This document shows positions 1 through 11,935 of a DNA stretch of 64,000 nucleotides, in pieces (position 1 is the first letter of the stretch; the number at the start of each line of letters is the position of its first letter). Made by a program: the position numbers and the translations under genes. The stretch spans positions 22,444,001 through 22,508,000 of the forward strand of contig NC_086108.1 in the NCBI RefSeq assembly GCF_963921235.1, written 5' to 3'. Source of the DNA: Mobula hypostoma. Lineage: Eukaryota. The notes below the pieces were generated by a model. It did no database searches and was not told the origin of the DNA. It saw nothing but the letters and a program-made list of their open reading frames with translations.

Positions 1-540
1 ATTCATCTGAACCAACTCCGGAAATACAAGAGCAGATCAGAGTAAGTGACTCTGTTACTGATGTCCAAAGCTTTATCACCGTCTACAAGGTGTGGAATGC
101 TCTCTACTTGCTGGGCTGGGTGCAGCTCCAACAACATTGAACAAGCTCAATGCCATCTAGCATAAAATAGTTTGCTTGGTTGGCATCCCATCAACCACAC
201 TAAATATTAGTTCTCTCTACCACCGACTCTCGGTGATAGCAGTGAGCACCATTTACAACATGCACTGCTATATTCACCAAGGCTACTCTGACAGCTCCTC
301 CCAAACTCATAAGTTCTAGGACAAAGGACGAGGACAGCAGAACACCTTCACCTGCAAGTTCCTTTCCAAGTTGTACACCATCCTGATTTAGAAATATATT
401 GCTTGTCTTTCATCATTATTGGGTCTTAATTCTGGAACTTCTAACCCACCCAAGGTGATGGCCTACCACCATGTATTCAAGGGTATTTAGGGTCGGGCGG
501 TAAAAGCTGGCAATTCTGTGATGTGCCCATTCTAAACAAA
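1..540 (+). mobile_element. Old degraded L2/CR1-group LINE 3' fragment (cut by window start)
   Basis: Decayed sequence resembling the C-terminal 'YK...EYS..AW..AAPTTL.KL..IQ.K...L.G' region and 3' end of ancient CR1/L2-group LINEs; no intact ORF. Confidence 0.45.
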
Positions 541-763
541 GAATTGATCAAGCAAACCTATATACTGATTACATATCTCATTCTTGTTGAAAATTTCTGT
601 TCATCCACATATGTCTGGATAGTGATCAGGAGAGACTGTTTTGCTCTTACCCAGTCACCATTAAAAGGGTCACTTGTACCATTATGATATCCCTTCTTTC
701 CTCCCCTTTGTGTGTCCTGTATGAAACTGGGACTTTAGCATATATGTGATTTGTATATTGCCA

Positions 764-3320
764 TTCAAGTTCAGGTTCAAGTTTATTGTCATCTAACCAT
801 ACTTATATATTGTAGAACTGAACAAAACAATGTTCCTCTGGACGATGGTGCACCCACATGACATACATCGTACACAGCACATAATCCAAAAATATCATAC
901 TATCAATAAGTTAATAAAAATAATTCTAAATGCATGTAGTAGAGCGCAGCACAAGTAAACAGAAAACAGCTTGCTCTACTAGTGGCGAGACCTCGATGGT
1001 GATGGGGTATTCACTAATCTCACAGCCTAAGGGAAGAAGATACTACCCAGTCCGGCACTCCTAGTCCTAATGCTTCCATACCTCCTTCCTGATGGTAGTG
1101 GGTCAAAGAGATTGTGGGATGGATGATGGGGATCCTCAATAATGCTTTCAGCCCTTCATCTGCAATGCTCCTGATAAATGTCACAAATAACGGGGAAGGA
1201 GACCCCATTGATTCTTTTGGCAGCTGTAGGGTTTTTCAGTCTGACGCCCTTAGTACCACACCATGATGCAGCTAAACAGGTCACTGTCCTTAGTGCTCCT
1301 GTAGAAGGTTGTTAGAATGGGATGGAGAGCCTTGCATACCCTCATTGTCTCCTCAGAAAGTGTAGATGCTGCTGTGCCTTCTTACTAGTGAGGAAGTGGT
1401 GTGAGTCTAGGTTAGATCAACTGTTATGTGCACACCAAAGAACTTTGTGCTCTTCACTCTCACCGTGGCAAAGGTGTTGATGTGCAATGGAGAGAAGTTG
1501 ACGCATGCCAATTGTCTTTTTTGTCTTTTTCATGTTGAGACCCAGGTTGTTGTTCTTGCACCATTTTGATAAGCCTCTCTACTTCCTCTCTGTATCCTGA
1601 CTCATTGTTGTTGATGAGGCTAACCTTTGTTGCATCATCAGTGAACTTGATGATATGGTTTGAGCTGGGTCTGGTTGTGCAGTCATAAGTCAGCAGCGTG
1701 AAAGGCAGTGGACTGAGAACATAACCCTGGAGGACATCAGTGCTCAGCGTGACGTTGGCTGCCAACTTGGACTGACTGGGGTCTTTCCACTGTAGACAAA
1801 CTGGAAGGAGTCCAATGTAGCTGGAAGATTGGAATTTATGCAATCCATCCACCAGACGTTCAAAGCACTTTATGATTGTTGAAGTCAGTGCCACTGGCCG
1901 ATAATCATTTAGGCCATTTAACGTTGCTCTCTTGGGCACTGGAATGATGGTGGCTGCCTTGAAGCCTGCAGGGACATTGGACTTTTTTAGAGAGATATTA
2001 AAGATGTCTGTAAAGCCTTCTGTTAGCTGGGCTGCACTGCCCCTCAGCACCTGACCAGGTATGTTGTCTGGCCCTGTAGCTTTACATAGGTTTACCCTGG
2101 CTGCGGTCCCCCTCAACTTGGCTGCAGCCAAACAGGCTGCCTGTTCCTCAGGAAGAGAAGGGGCTTTCCTCAAAGTCACACCATTCAGTTAGTCAAATTG
2201 TGCATAGAAAGCATTCAGCCTATCAGGAAGGGAGACATTACTGTCATTGACATGCGGGTGGACGTATACCTTACCACGTGCACTGTGTGTCCCTGGTGTT
2301 ACAAAGGTGACTGTGAGGTTTTTTGTGCATACTAATGTTTTGCCTTCCTGATGGCATGGGAGACCATGGCTCTTGCTGATGTTAGAGCTGTCCTGTCCCC
2401 TGATCTGAAAACAGCGTTCTGATCTCTAAACAGTGCACATTCCTCTGCAGTCAGCCATGGTTTGCCCTGACAGTGAAGTGCTCAATCACAGTAATGTCCT
2501 CAATGTACTTTCTAATATAGCCAGTCACTGATCCCAATGGTCATCAATATTGATGTGATAATCATAGGTAGCTGCCTCCCTGAATATGCCCCAGTCTGTG
2601 TTTTCGAAGCAGTCCTGCCGCGCTGATGTGGCACCTTCTGGCCAGATCATGATCTCCTTGTGAACTGGTTTGACTTGTTTAACCGATGCTCTGTGTGCAG
2701 GAATCAGCAAAATGGATATTTGGTCTAAGTATTCGAGGTGAGTGTGGGTGATAGTCTTGTAGGCTCCATGAAAGTTGGTATGAACTCTGTCTAATATAGT
2801 TTCCCCTCCGGTTGAGAAGTTGACATGTTGGTAGAACTTTGGCAGGACTGATTTTAAGTTGGCATGATTGAAGTCACCAGTAACAATGAAGAAACTGTCA
2901 GGGTGAGCAGCTTTGAGGTTGCAGATTGTGCCATTGAGTTCCTGCCGTGCCTCCCCAGCACTAGCATGTGGGGTATGTGAACAGCAATAATCACAATGCT
3001 AGTGAACTCCCTCGGTACATCGATGGGCCTGCACTTCACCATTAAAAACTCTACCTGCGGTGAGCAGTGGGCGGTTATTACCTAGCCATTCACTGCATCA
3101 GTTCTTATTGATGTAGACGCATAGAGCTCCACCACGGGTCTTGCCGGGTTGCAGCAATCCTGCCCCCCTGAAAGGAGGTTAGCTCATCTAGTTGGATGGC
3201 CAAGTCTAGAATGGTGTCTTGAAACCAGGTTTCTGTCAGGATGAGTGGGCAACAGCCCCTCCTCTCGCACTGGTTCAGACGCAGACAAAAGCAAAGCAAT
3301 GTGTTTTGCTTGTTGACAAA
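764..3320 (-). mobile_element. Rex1/Babar-like non-LTR retrotransposon, fragmented
   Basis: Short-repeat 3' tail (TTCAAG/TTCAGG on +) at 764. RT fragment ORF 1460..2179 ([42 protein letters not shown]). APE fragments 2854..3299 (LTETW, KCRP..PREFTS). 5' limit approximate. Confidence 0.75.
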
Positions 3321-3909
3321 CTACTAGATGATGCCTCTCCCTTTTCAATTAAAAACAACAATGGGCTTCACGATCTGGAATTTCACTTCCTCCTGTGTTC
3401 TCTTGGGTGTTTAGAATTGGCTCTCCAGCCTTGGGACTGTTACTCTGGGTTACCTGGCATGAAACAGGGGCTCGACACAAGTGTTTTGGAGGCCGCTTAA
3501 ACAGGCCAGTCTTTGACCTTGTGGCCAAATTTCAGCTTCTTCCTGACTACTTGGATGTAGCTATGTAGTTAGGCAGGAGTTTTGCAGGAAAAGAGAACAC
3601 ATTCCAGATGCTTTGCACTATAAAACAGCACAGCACTTAATAAACCTTGTTTCAATTATAATCTTTGGCTGGACTAAATGGGGGCATGATATACACTTGA
3701 AAAATGGGTCAGACTTCAGCAGGGTATGGAACCCTTTTGAGGAGTGTTTGGATTAACCCGGTACTCTGCTTGTTAAACAAATCAAGTGTGACTGAGTATA
3801 GATTTTATTGTTCTTTAATCACTCATTCATGGTTGATTCCTTACAGCTATATAAAATTCAAAAGATCTTAAATTTAAATTAATTTTTTTAGCATTATTCA
3901 ATCTCAAAT

Positions 3910-4765
3910 AGAAAGGCTTGTATTTCTATAACATGTCCGTGTTAGTGACATATACCAAAAGCTTTACAGCTAATTAAGTACTTTGAAATGAAATCTCAAT
4001 TGTAATGTGAGGGAAGTGAGGTCATTTTGAACAGAGCAATGTTCACAAATAGTGAATATCCCAAGACTCTACTTTGGGAACGTTGGTTGAGAGTTAAATA
4101 TTACCTTGGGTTCTGGGGATAACTATTTCGGTAGACCTCCGTAGTATCTTAGACATCTTCAAGGAGCGGTGCCTCAAAAAGGTGGCCTCCATCATTAAGG
4201 ACCCCCACCACCCAGGACGTGCAATCTTCTCACTGTCACCACCCTAAAGGAGATACAAAAGCCAGAAGGCAGACATTCAGTGACTCAGGAACAGCTTCTT
4301 TCCCTCTGTCATCCGATATCTGAATGGACTTTTGAAACCATGAACACTAACTCACCTACTTTTTGTTTAATTTCTGTTTTTGCACTTCTTATTTAATTTA
4401 ACAATTTGATATACATATACTGTATATACTTACTGTAATTCAGTTTTTTTTTCTCATTAACACATTGCATTGTACTGCTGCTGCAAAGTTAGCAAATCTC
4501 ACAACATATGCAGGTAATATTAAAAAGATCTCTGAAGTGCACCCAAGAGAGCAGATTGTTGAAAATTGAAATTCAATTTAATTGAATTTGAAACCAATTT
4601 CAAATTGGTTTAACATTCCATTTTGAAAGAAGGCACTTTCAGCCAGTGCAGTACTCCCTCAGTGCTGCACAAAACTATCACTAAGATTTTGGTGTTGATG
4701 ACTTTGGAGTGGGGCTTAAATCCACACCTCTTTGACTCAGAGCTGAAAGAGCTACCCACTGACCT
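3910..4765 (-). mobile_element. DeuSINE (SacSINE1/AmnSINE1-like) remnant, interrupted by a Rex1-like LINE 3' end at ~4150-4525 (+)
   Basis: Deu-domain-like block (CAGTGCAGTACTCCCTCAGTGCTGCAC...GGAGTGGGGCTTAAATCCAC...TGACTCAGAG on +). The inserted piece matches the 3' ends of the LINE copies at 52200-55890 and 61200-61586. Confidence 0.5.
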
Positions 4766-5149
4766 GGAAGTGGTTCAATGCCTGACTCACATTTGATTTT
4801 GAGGCAGTTCTGGTCTTTGTTCACGTCAACTGGCGAGGCAATGTCATTGGTTGACACACTGCTCTGTTACTGCACTGCCCTAGAGCCTTTTGCATGCATT
4901 TCAAAAGCTGTTCGTATTTGCAACACATTCATGAATCCTTATGAATTTATTAACCAACGAATTGCCAATGAGGAGAACGAGGAATGGGAATAACCTATCA
5001 TGTTGCATTAGGTTTTGCATACAAAAGTGGGATCAAGGGACTGCTGGAGTAAGTTAAGATACGAAAGACCATCTGCTAGAAATAGTCCTAGAGTAATGCA
5101 GCATGGAAATAGAGCTTCTGGCCCAACTCAGGCACCTGGTACCCAACAT

Positions 5150-5249
5150 CTGCCTGCTTTTTGTTTCTTTGAAGCTCCTTATCTGCTCAAATTTCTTGCT
5201 GCCTGCTTTTAGCTTCTTAGAAGCTCCTTACCTGCTCAAATTTCTTGCT
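5150..5249. repeat. Two-copy ~49-bp tandem duplication
   Basis: TGCCTGCTTTT..GAAGCTCCTTAYCTGCTCAAATTTCTTGC occurs twice head to tail. Confidence 0.8.
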
Positions 5250-7244
5250 ACACAATGCCTTTGTCATGTTTGAGCAGAATAATCAAATTTTTCAGCTTGT
5301 AACAGAGCATGATAAAAAGTGATGGCCAGTTCACCTTGTACACCACCAGCTGCCTTATGTGGTATTTGATATCACGGTTTTGGATATAGTCTTGTGTGCC
5401 ATGTCATGTTGCTATTCCTGCTTATTACAATACACTTTGCCACCTTCAGGGAAGGCAAGAAAATTGTCATAGGCAGGCTACTGCCTTGTCTACTTTGCTT
5501 GTATTGCTGATTTCATGCAAATCCATTGCTCCTGGGTGATCTTAGGTTATTTTCTCAAATCTATTAGACAATAGACAATAGACAATAGGTGCAGGAGTAG
5601 GCCATTCGGCCCTTCGAGCCAGCACCGCTATTCACTGTGATCATGGCTGATCATCCACAATCAGTATCCAGTTCCTGCCTTATCCCCATAACCTTTGATT
5701 CCGCTATCTTTAAGAGCTCTATCCATCTCTTTCTTGAAAGCATCCAGAGACTTGGCCTCCACAGCCTTCTGGGGCAGAGCATTCCATATATCCACCACTC
5801 TCTGGGTGAAAAAGTTTCTCCTAAACTCCATTCTAAATGGCCTACCCCTTATTCTTAAACTCTGGCCTTTGGTTCTGGACTCACCCATCAGTGGGAACAT
5901 GCTTCCTGCCTCCAGCGTGTCCAATCCCTTAATAATCTTATATGTTTCAATAAGATCCCCTCTCAGCCTTCTAAATTCCAGAGTATACAAGCCCAGTCGC
6001 TCCAATCTTTTGACATATGACAGTCCCGCCATCCCGGGAATTAACCTTGTGAACCTACGCTGCACTCCCTCAATAGCAAGAATGTCCTTCCTCAAATTTG
6101 GAGACCAAAACTGCACATAGTACTCCGGGTCCCACCAGGGCCCTGTACAGCTGCAGAAGGACCTCTTTGCTCCTATACTCAATTCCCCTTATTATGAAGG
6201 CCAGCATGCCATTAGCTTTCTTCACTGCCTGCTGTACTTGCATGCTTGCTTTCAGTGACTGATGTACAAGAACACCTAGATCTCGTTGTACTTCCCCTTT
6301 TCCTAACTTGACTCCATTTATATAATAATCTGCCTTCCTGTTCTTGCCACCAAATTGGATAACCTCACATTTATCCACATTAAACTGCATCTGCCATGCA
6401 TTCGCCCACTCACCCAGCCTGTCCAAGTCACCCTGCATTCTCATAACATCCTCCTCACATTTCACACTGCCACCCAGCTTTGTGTCATCGGCAAATTTGC
6501 TAATGTTACTTTTAATTCCCTCATCTAAATCATTAATATGTATTGTAAACAGCTGCGGTCCCAGCACTGAACCCTGCGATACCCCACTGGTCACTGCCTG
6601 CCATTCCGAAAGGGACCCATTAATCGCTACTCTTTGTTTTCTGTCAGCCAGCCAATTTTCAATCCATGTCAGTACTCTGCCCCCAACACCATGTGCCCTA
6701 ATTTTGCCCACTAATCTCCTATGTGGGACTTTATCAAAGGCTTTCTGAAAGTCCAGGTACACTACATCCACTGGATCTCCCTTGTCCATTTTCATAGTTA
6801 CATCCTCAAAAAATTCCAGAAGATTAGTCAAGCACGATTTCCCCTTCGTAAATCCATGCTGACTCGGACCACTGCTATCCAGATGTATCGTAATTTCATC
6901 TTTTATAATTGACTCCAGCATCTTTCCCACCACTGACGTCAGGCTAACCGGTCTATAATTCCCTGTTTTCTCTCTTCCTCCCTTCTTGAAGAGAGGGATA
7001 ACATTAGCCACCCTCCAATCCACAGGAACTGATCCTGAATCTATAGAACATTGGAAAATGATTACCAATGCGTCCACGATTTCTAAAGCCACCTCCTTAA
7101 GTACCCTGGGATGCAGACCATCAGGTCCCGGGGACTTATCAGCCTTCAGACCCAACAGTCTATCCAATACCATTTTCTGCCTAATATAAATTTCCTTCAG
7201 TTCATCCATTACCCTAGGTCCTTTGGCCACCATTATATCTGGGA

Positions 7245-7337
7245 ACATACATCAAAGTTGCTGGTGAACGCAGCAGGCCAAGCAGCATCTATAGGAAGAG
7301 GCGCAGTCGACGTTTCAGGCCGAGACCCTTCGTCAGG
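7245..7337 (-). mobile_element. 93-bp Penelope-like 3' fragment (hammerhead core plus downstream tail)
   Basis: 13-bp TSD ATTATATCTGGGA at 7232-7244 and 7338-7350; matches the PLE tails at 16860-16960 and 37250-37345. Confidence 0.9.
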
Positions 7338-7338
7338 A
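7305..7338 (-). ncRNA. Minimal hammerhead ribozyme core (stem I truncated by the insertion edge)
   Basis: Minus strand: tc CTGACGA agggtctcggcct GAAAC GTC gact; core intact, only 2 bp of stem I remain. Confidence 0.7.
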
Positions 7339-8128
7339 TTATATCTGGGAGATTGTTTGTGTCTTCCCTAGTGAAGACAGATCCAAAGTACCTGTTCAAC
7401 TCGTCTGCCATTTCCTTGTTCCCCATAATAAATTCACCTGTTTCTGTCTTCGAGGGCCCAATTTTGGTCTTAACTATTTTTTTCCTTTTCACATACCTAA
7501 AGAAGCTTTTACAATCCTCCTTTATATTCTTGGCTAGTTTCCTTCGTACCTCATTTTTTCTCCGCGTATTGCCTTTTTAGTTACCTTCTGTTGCTCTTTA
7601 AAAGTTTCCCAATCCTCTGGCTTCCCACTCGTCTTCGCTATGTTATACTTCTCTTTTATTTTTATACTATCCATTACTTCCTTTGTCAGCCACGGCCTCC
7701 CCTTACTCCCCTTAGGATCTTTCTTCCTCTTTGGAATGAACTGATCTTGCACCTTCTGCGTTATTCCCAGAAACACTTGCCATTAGTGTATTTGATCTAA
7801 GTTGAAAATTGAACATTTTGAGGGTAAAGTCCATCTGACAGTGTTTGGCTTTTCTTATCCTTGTCAAACCCAGAGGGTGTTTATATCCTCATTTTATTTG
7901 TAGTAAAATGTGAGTTCTTAGTTTTCCTTTGACCAACTGTCAAAATAATTAAGTTGTTGGTGCTTCAAGATGAAACCCTACATTATTTTAATCTGAAATA
8001 TTGACAATTCCTGTCTTCCCACAGATGCTGCATGACTCAATGAGTTCTTCCAGCAAATAATTTGTTGCCACACATATCAAAGTTGCTGATGAACGCAGCA
8101 GCTATGCAGCGTCTCTAGGAAGAGGTAC

Positions 8129-8164
8129 AGTCGATGTTTCGGGCTGAGACCCTTCATCAGGACT
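8129..8164 (-). ncRNA. Minimal hammerhead ribozyme, variant (GUC changed to AUC)
   Basis: agtc CTGATGA agggtctcagccc GAAAC ATC gact. Confidence 0.6.
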
Positions 8165-9129
8165 AACTGAAAGAAGAGCTAGTAAGAGATTTGAAAGTGG
8201 GAGGGGGAGGGGGAGATCCGAAATTATAGGAGAAGATAGGAGGGGGAGGGATGGAGCCAAGAGCTGGACGGTTGATTGGCAAAAGGGATATGAGAGGATC
8301 ATGGGACAGGAGGCCTAGGGAGAAAGAAAAGGGGGAGGGGGGAAAACCCAGAGGATGAGCAAGGGGTATAGTGAGAGGGACAGAGGGAGAAAAGGGAGAG
8401 AGAGAAAAAGAATGTGTGTATATAAATAAATAACGGATAGGATACGAGGGGGAGGTGGGGCATTAGCGGAAGTTTGAGAAGTCAATGTTCATACCATCAG
8501 GTTGGAGGTTACCCAGACGGAATATAAGGTGTTGTTCCTCCAACCTAAGTGTGGCTTCATCTTTACAGTAGAGGAGGCCATGGATAGACATATCAGAATG
8601 GGAATGGGACTTGGAATTAAAATGTGCGGCCGGTGGGAGATCCTGCTTTCTCTGGCGGACAGAGCCGCACATTTTAATTCCATGTCCCATTCCCATTCTG
8701 ATATGTTTGTCCACGGCGTCCTCTAATGTAAAGATGAAGCCACACTCAGGTTGGAGGAACAACATCTTATATTCCGTCTGGGTAGCCTCCAACCTGATGG
8801 CATGAACATTGACTTCTCAAACTTCCGCTAATGCCCCACCTCCCCCTCGTACCCCATCCGTTATTTATTTATATACACACATTCTTTTTCTCTCTTTCCT
8901 TTTTCTCCCTCTGTCCCTCTCACTATACCCCTTTCCCATCCTCTGGGTTTTCTCCTCTCCCCCCTTTCTTTCTCCCTGGGCCTCCTGTCCCATGATCCTC
9001 TCATATCCCTTTTGCCAATCACCTGTCCAGCTCTTGGCTCCATCCCTCCCCCTCCGGTCTTCTCCTATCATTTTGGATCTCCCCCTCCCCCTCCCACTTT
9101 CAAATCTCTTACTAGCTCTTCTTTCTGTT

Positions 9130-9165
9130 AGTCCTGATGAAGGGCCTCGGCCCAAAACGTCGACT
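9130..9165 (+). ncRNA. Minimal hammerhead ribozyme, likely inactive (GAAA changed to AAAA)
   Basis: agtc CTGATGA agggcctcggccc AAAAC GTC gact. Confidence 0.6.
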
Positions 9166-9640
9166 GTACCTCTTCCTAGAGATGCTGCCTGGCCTACTAC
9201 GTTCACCAGCAACTTTGTTGTGTGTGGCTTGAATTTCCAGCATCTGCAGATTTCCTCGTGTTTGCGTTTTTAAATAATTTGTTGCCCCAGATTCCAACAG
9301 ATATAGTCTCTTGCCTCTCAGCAAGTATTTGTATTTCTTAAATGCCTTTTAAATTGGAAGGTATGCCAATCAAATTCACAGGGCCCTTACCAACAATGTT
9401 TGATAAATAGTACCAAGATATTAGGACAGGAACCAAAAGAAGGTGGGAGGAGAGGATTGGTGGGGATGGGGAAGCATCTTCAGAGGAAAGGCTAATAGCA
9501 CCAGCACTTGCCTTAGAGTTGACAGAGGTTGCAAGGTTGAAGGCTGTCCAGGAAGTTATTGAGGAAAGTAGTTTCGAGACATTGGAAAGCCATGCGATAA
9601 CACTGGGCTACAATCTTAGGGTTTAGGAGAGAGCCTACAG

Positions 9641-9720
9641 CAAGGGTTTCCAACTTGGGGTCCACAGATCCCTCGGTCAATGGTAGGGGTCCATGGCGTA
9701 AACAAGGTTGGGAATCCCTA
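9641..9720. mobile_element. 80-bp hAT (Charlie/MER5-like) MITE
   Basis: Imperfect TIRs CAAGGGTTTCCAAC / GTTGGGAATCCCTA; 8-bp TSD GCCTACAG / GCCTCCAG (7/8). A related decayed copy lies at ~26319-26398. Confidence 0.7.
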
Positions 9721-11089
9721 GCCTCCAGGGTGAAGTTACAAAGCACTTAGTGAAAGAAAAGTTTGCAGAAATTTGGAACTCTTTCCTTCAAACTAGGGGA
9801 TGCTGACTTACTTAAAACTTTCAGTGACATGTTATTTCTATGCAAATTTATAAAATGGATAGAATGAACTGCACCATAAATTTAGATTAGTTAATAGAAT
9901 GGTAGACAATGTTTGGGCAGGGGGTGGGGGTTAGTGAGGAGGATAGTGAATGCTTTCTTCCTGTATAACTCCTCCTGTAACTCTTCCGATTTCTGTACCA
10001 TCCCTCTATCTTCAACAATGGATGACTCAGGCATCCAAACTCATTGCAGTGAAGCTACTTCATTATAGTAAAATCTAACTGAAAAATGTATGGAAATACG
10101 ACTTCCCAAGAGGGGAAATGAATCACTGAACTAACCCCAGCAGTATTGAGAGAAGTACCAAAGAAATCCCAGTCATCTATATGGAACTGAAGCTCGAAGA
10201 AAAATATAGAAAATCCAAGATGGGAAGAATTCTGGGAAGTAGGTGGTGAAAAGCTGTTGGAGGTGAAAAGAAAGCATGCTGTAGTGTTAATTATATACTC
10301 ATGAACTTAGTTTTACAAAGTAAATTGTACCTTCAGGCCGAGAGGTAAGAAAGGCTGTTGAATTTCCTGTTTCACAGTTGGCGTGTGGTACCCTCAGATG
10401 AAGAACAGCACAGAGGGAGACCCAACAATAGGCCTCAGCCCCAACTTCAAAGCATGTGCTACAGGACCACTGTCAAAGCAGCTAGCTTGTGACCTCCCCG
10501 GGTGAACCAAGGATGACACTCTCTTTCCATGGATTTCTTCCCCAGGTGGGAAGTGGATTCAGTCTTCACGGACTACTTAGAGCAAGTAGGTATTATTCCA
10601 GCAATTAGTATTTCTACCACCACTGGCGGAGTAACTCACTGACAAATTTCACTCTCAGAGCATCCCCAGTTTGTCTCCAGTCAAAGTTTAAGATGAAAAT
10701 GAACTGCAGACCTGTGAGGAACCAGGATAAATGCAGTGATTTCCACTAATATGAACAAGATGCAAAACAAAAGAGTTGCAAGGTACAACATTATTATAGT
10801 TTGACCACCTGGGACTTAACTATTTCAGTAGGAGCAAAGAAAGAAAGTTAGAATTGCATTTATACTGTATAGCTTATCTTTCACACCCCTGGAACACCCT
10901 GAAGAGGCGGAGGGCAATGAATTATTTTTGAAATGTAGCCTTAATCATACTGAAGATGTGCTAAGGACCAAACCAACTAGTAGAGTTGACTAAGAGATAA
11001 TCATTGTTTGGGATTTCAAGAGAGCTCCCCATTCCTTGAAATGGTGAATAGTACTATTTGGTAAATAGTACTATTTACTATATGGTCTA

Positions 11090-11370
11090 TGGGGCAGCAT
11101 AATGGTTAATGCTGCTACCTCACAGCTTCAGAGATCCTGACCTTGGCTGCTATGAGGAGTTTGCATGTTTTCTCTGTGACCTCATGAGTTTCCTCTTGGT
11201 GCTCATGTGCCAAGGACACACCGATTAGCTTGTTAATTGGCAGGTGCAGATCATCCCTTTGCTGAGTGGGAAGTTGCTGTGGATTAATGGGTACAATGAA
11301 ATTAGTGGAGTCAAGTCTTTGATGGTCAGCATGGATGAGGTGAGCTGAAGGACTTGTCTCTGTGTTGTGA
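11090..11370 (+). mobile_element. tRNA-derived V-SINE (HE1-like), degraded
   Basis: tRNA-like head followed by V-domain-like GGAGTTTGCATGTTTTCTCTGTG..GTTTCCTC..GGTGCTC. Confidence 0.6.
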
Positions 11371-11664
11371 AAATCAAAGAAAACTGCAGACGCTGAAAAT
11401 CTAAAACAAAAACAGAACGTGCTGGAAACACTCAGCGGGGCAGGCTTCAGCTGTGGGAATAGCAAGAGTCGACGTTTCAGTTAAAAGACCCTCTGAGAGA
11501 CTGAAAAGGAGACGAGAAGCTGGTAAAGCTGCAGGGAGGGTGAGTGAGAGCATATGTCCTATTGTCTATGTCTGACTCTGTAACAGCTCCCATTCACTCA
11601 TTGACCAGATAACTTTGCTTATCCCCGTGGCCACCTTGGTTTTACACGATCCCACCCTCTACCC

Positions 11665-11935
11665 TTCCTATGGTTAGCACAACGCTTTACAGTAGCAGCA
11701 ACCCAGGTTCAATTCCCGTTGCTGCCTGTAAGGAGTTTGTCCGTACTCTCCATGACCCCATGGAGTTTCCTCCGGATGCTTCAGTTTCCTCCCACAGTCC
11801 AAAGATATACTGGTTAGTAGGTTAATTGGTCATTTGTAAATTTTCCCATGATTAGGCTGGGAATAGGTTGGAGGAATGCTGGGTGACCTGGCTCAAAGGG
11901 CTGGAAGAGCCTATTCTGTGTTGTATCTCAATAGA
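11665..11935 (+). mobile_element. tRNA-derived V-SINE
   Basis: B-box GGTTCAATTCC; V-domain GTTTCCTCCGGATGCTTCAGTTTCCTCCCACAGTCCAAAGA. Related SINE pieces at ~20640-20870, ~24190-24410 and ~41240-41530 (-). Confidence 0.7.

Larger units (their letters stand above)
5661..7776 (-). pseudogene. CR1 ORF2 reverse transcriptase, frameshifted and split
   Basis: KSPGPDGLHPRVLKE, NYRPVSLTSVVGK, YLDFQKAFDKVPH, QGSVLGP, KFADDTK, RRLRGDLIETYK. Confidence 0.9.
5565..7785 (-). mobile_element. CR1 LINE, 5'-truncated, interrupted by a 93-bp Penelope fragment
   Basis: (TAGACAA)n 3' tail at ~5565-5588. ORF2 pieces 7534..7776, 7289..7492, 6070..7248 and 5661..6182 are collinear with the intact CR1 ORF2 at 52395..55394. 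Confidence 0.92.
8070..9271. mobile_element. Palindromic Penelope-like insertion: two 5'-truncated copies in inverted orientation, junction ~8665
   Basis: 15-bp TSD AAATAATTTGTTGCC at 8055-8069 and 9272-9286. Both arms encode the GIY-YIG C-terminus (..LEEQHLIFRLG.LQPDGMNIDFSNFR*) followed by the 3' tail. Confidence 0.9.

Noticed and set aside
5695..7189. Plus-strand ORFs overlapping CR1 (also 52777-55380 and 29739-32016)
   Set aside because: Antisense shadows of CR1 coding sequence that recur in each copy.
10325..10510. Splice-like signals (TTCAG GCCGAGAG GTAAGA; TTTCACAG followed by a short open frame)
   Set aside because: No recognisable product; such signals are expected by chance in 64 kb.
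11665..11725. tRNA gene
   Set aside because: A B-box is present but there is no cloverleaf, and it continues into a V-SINE body.
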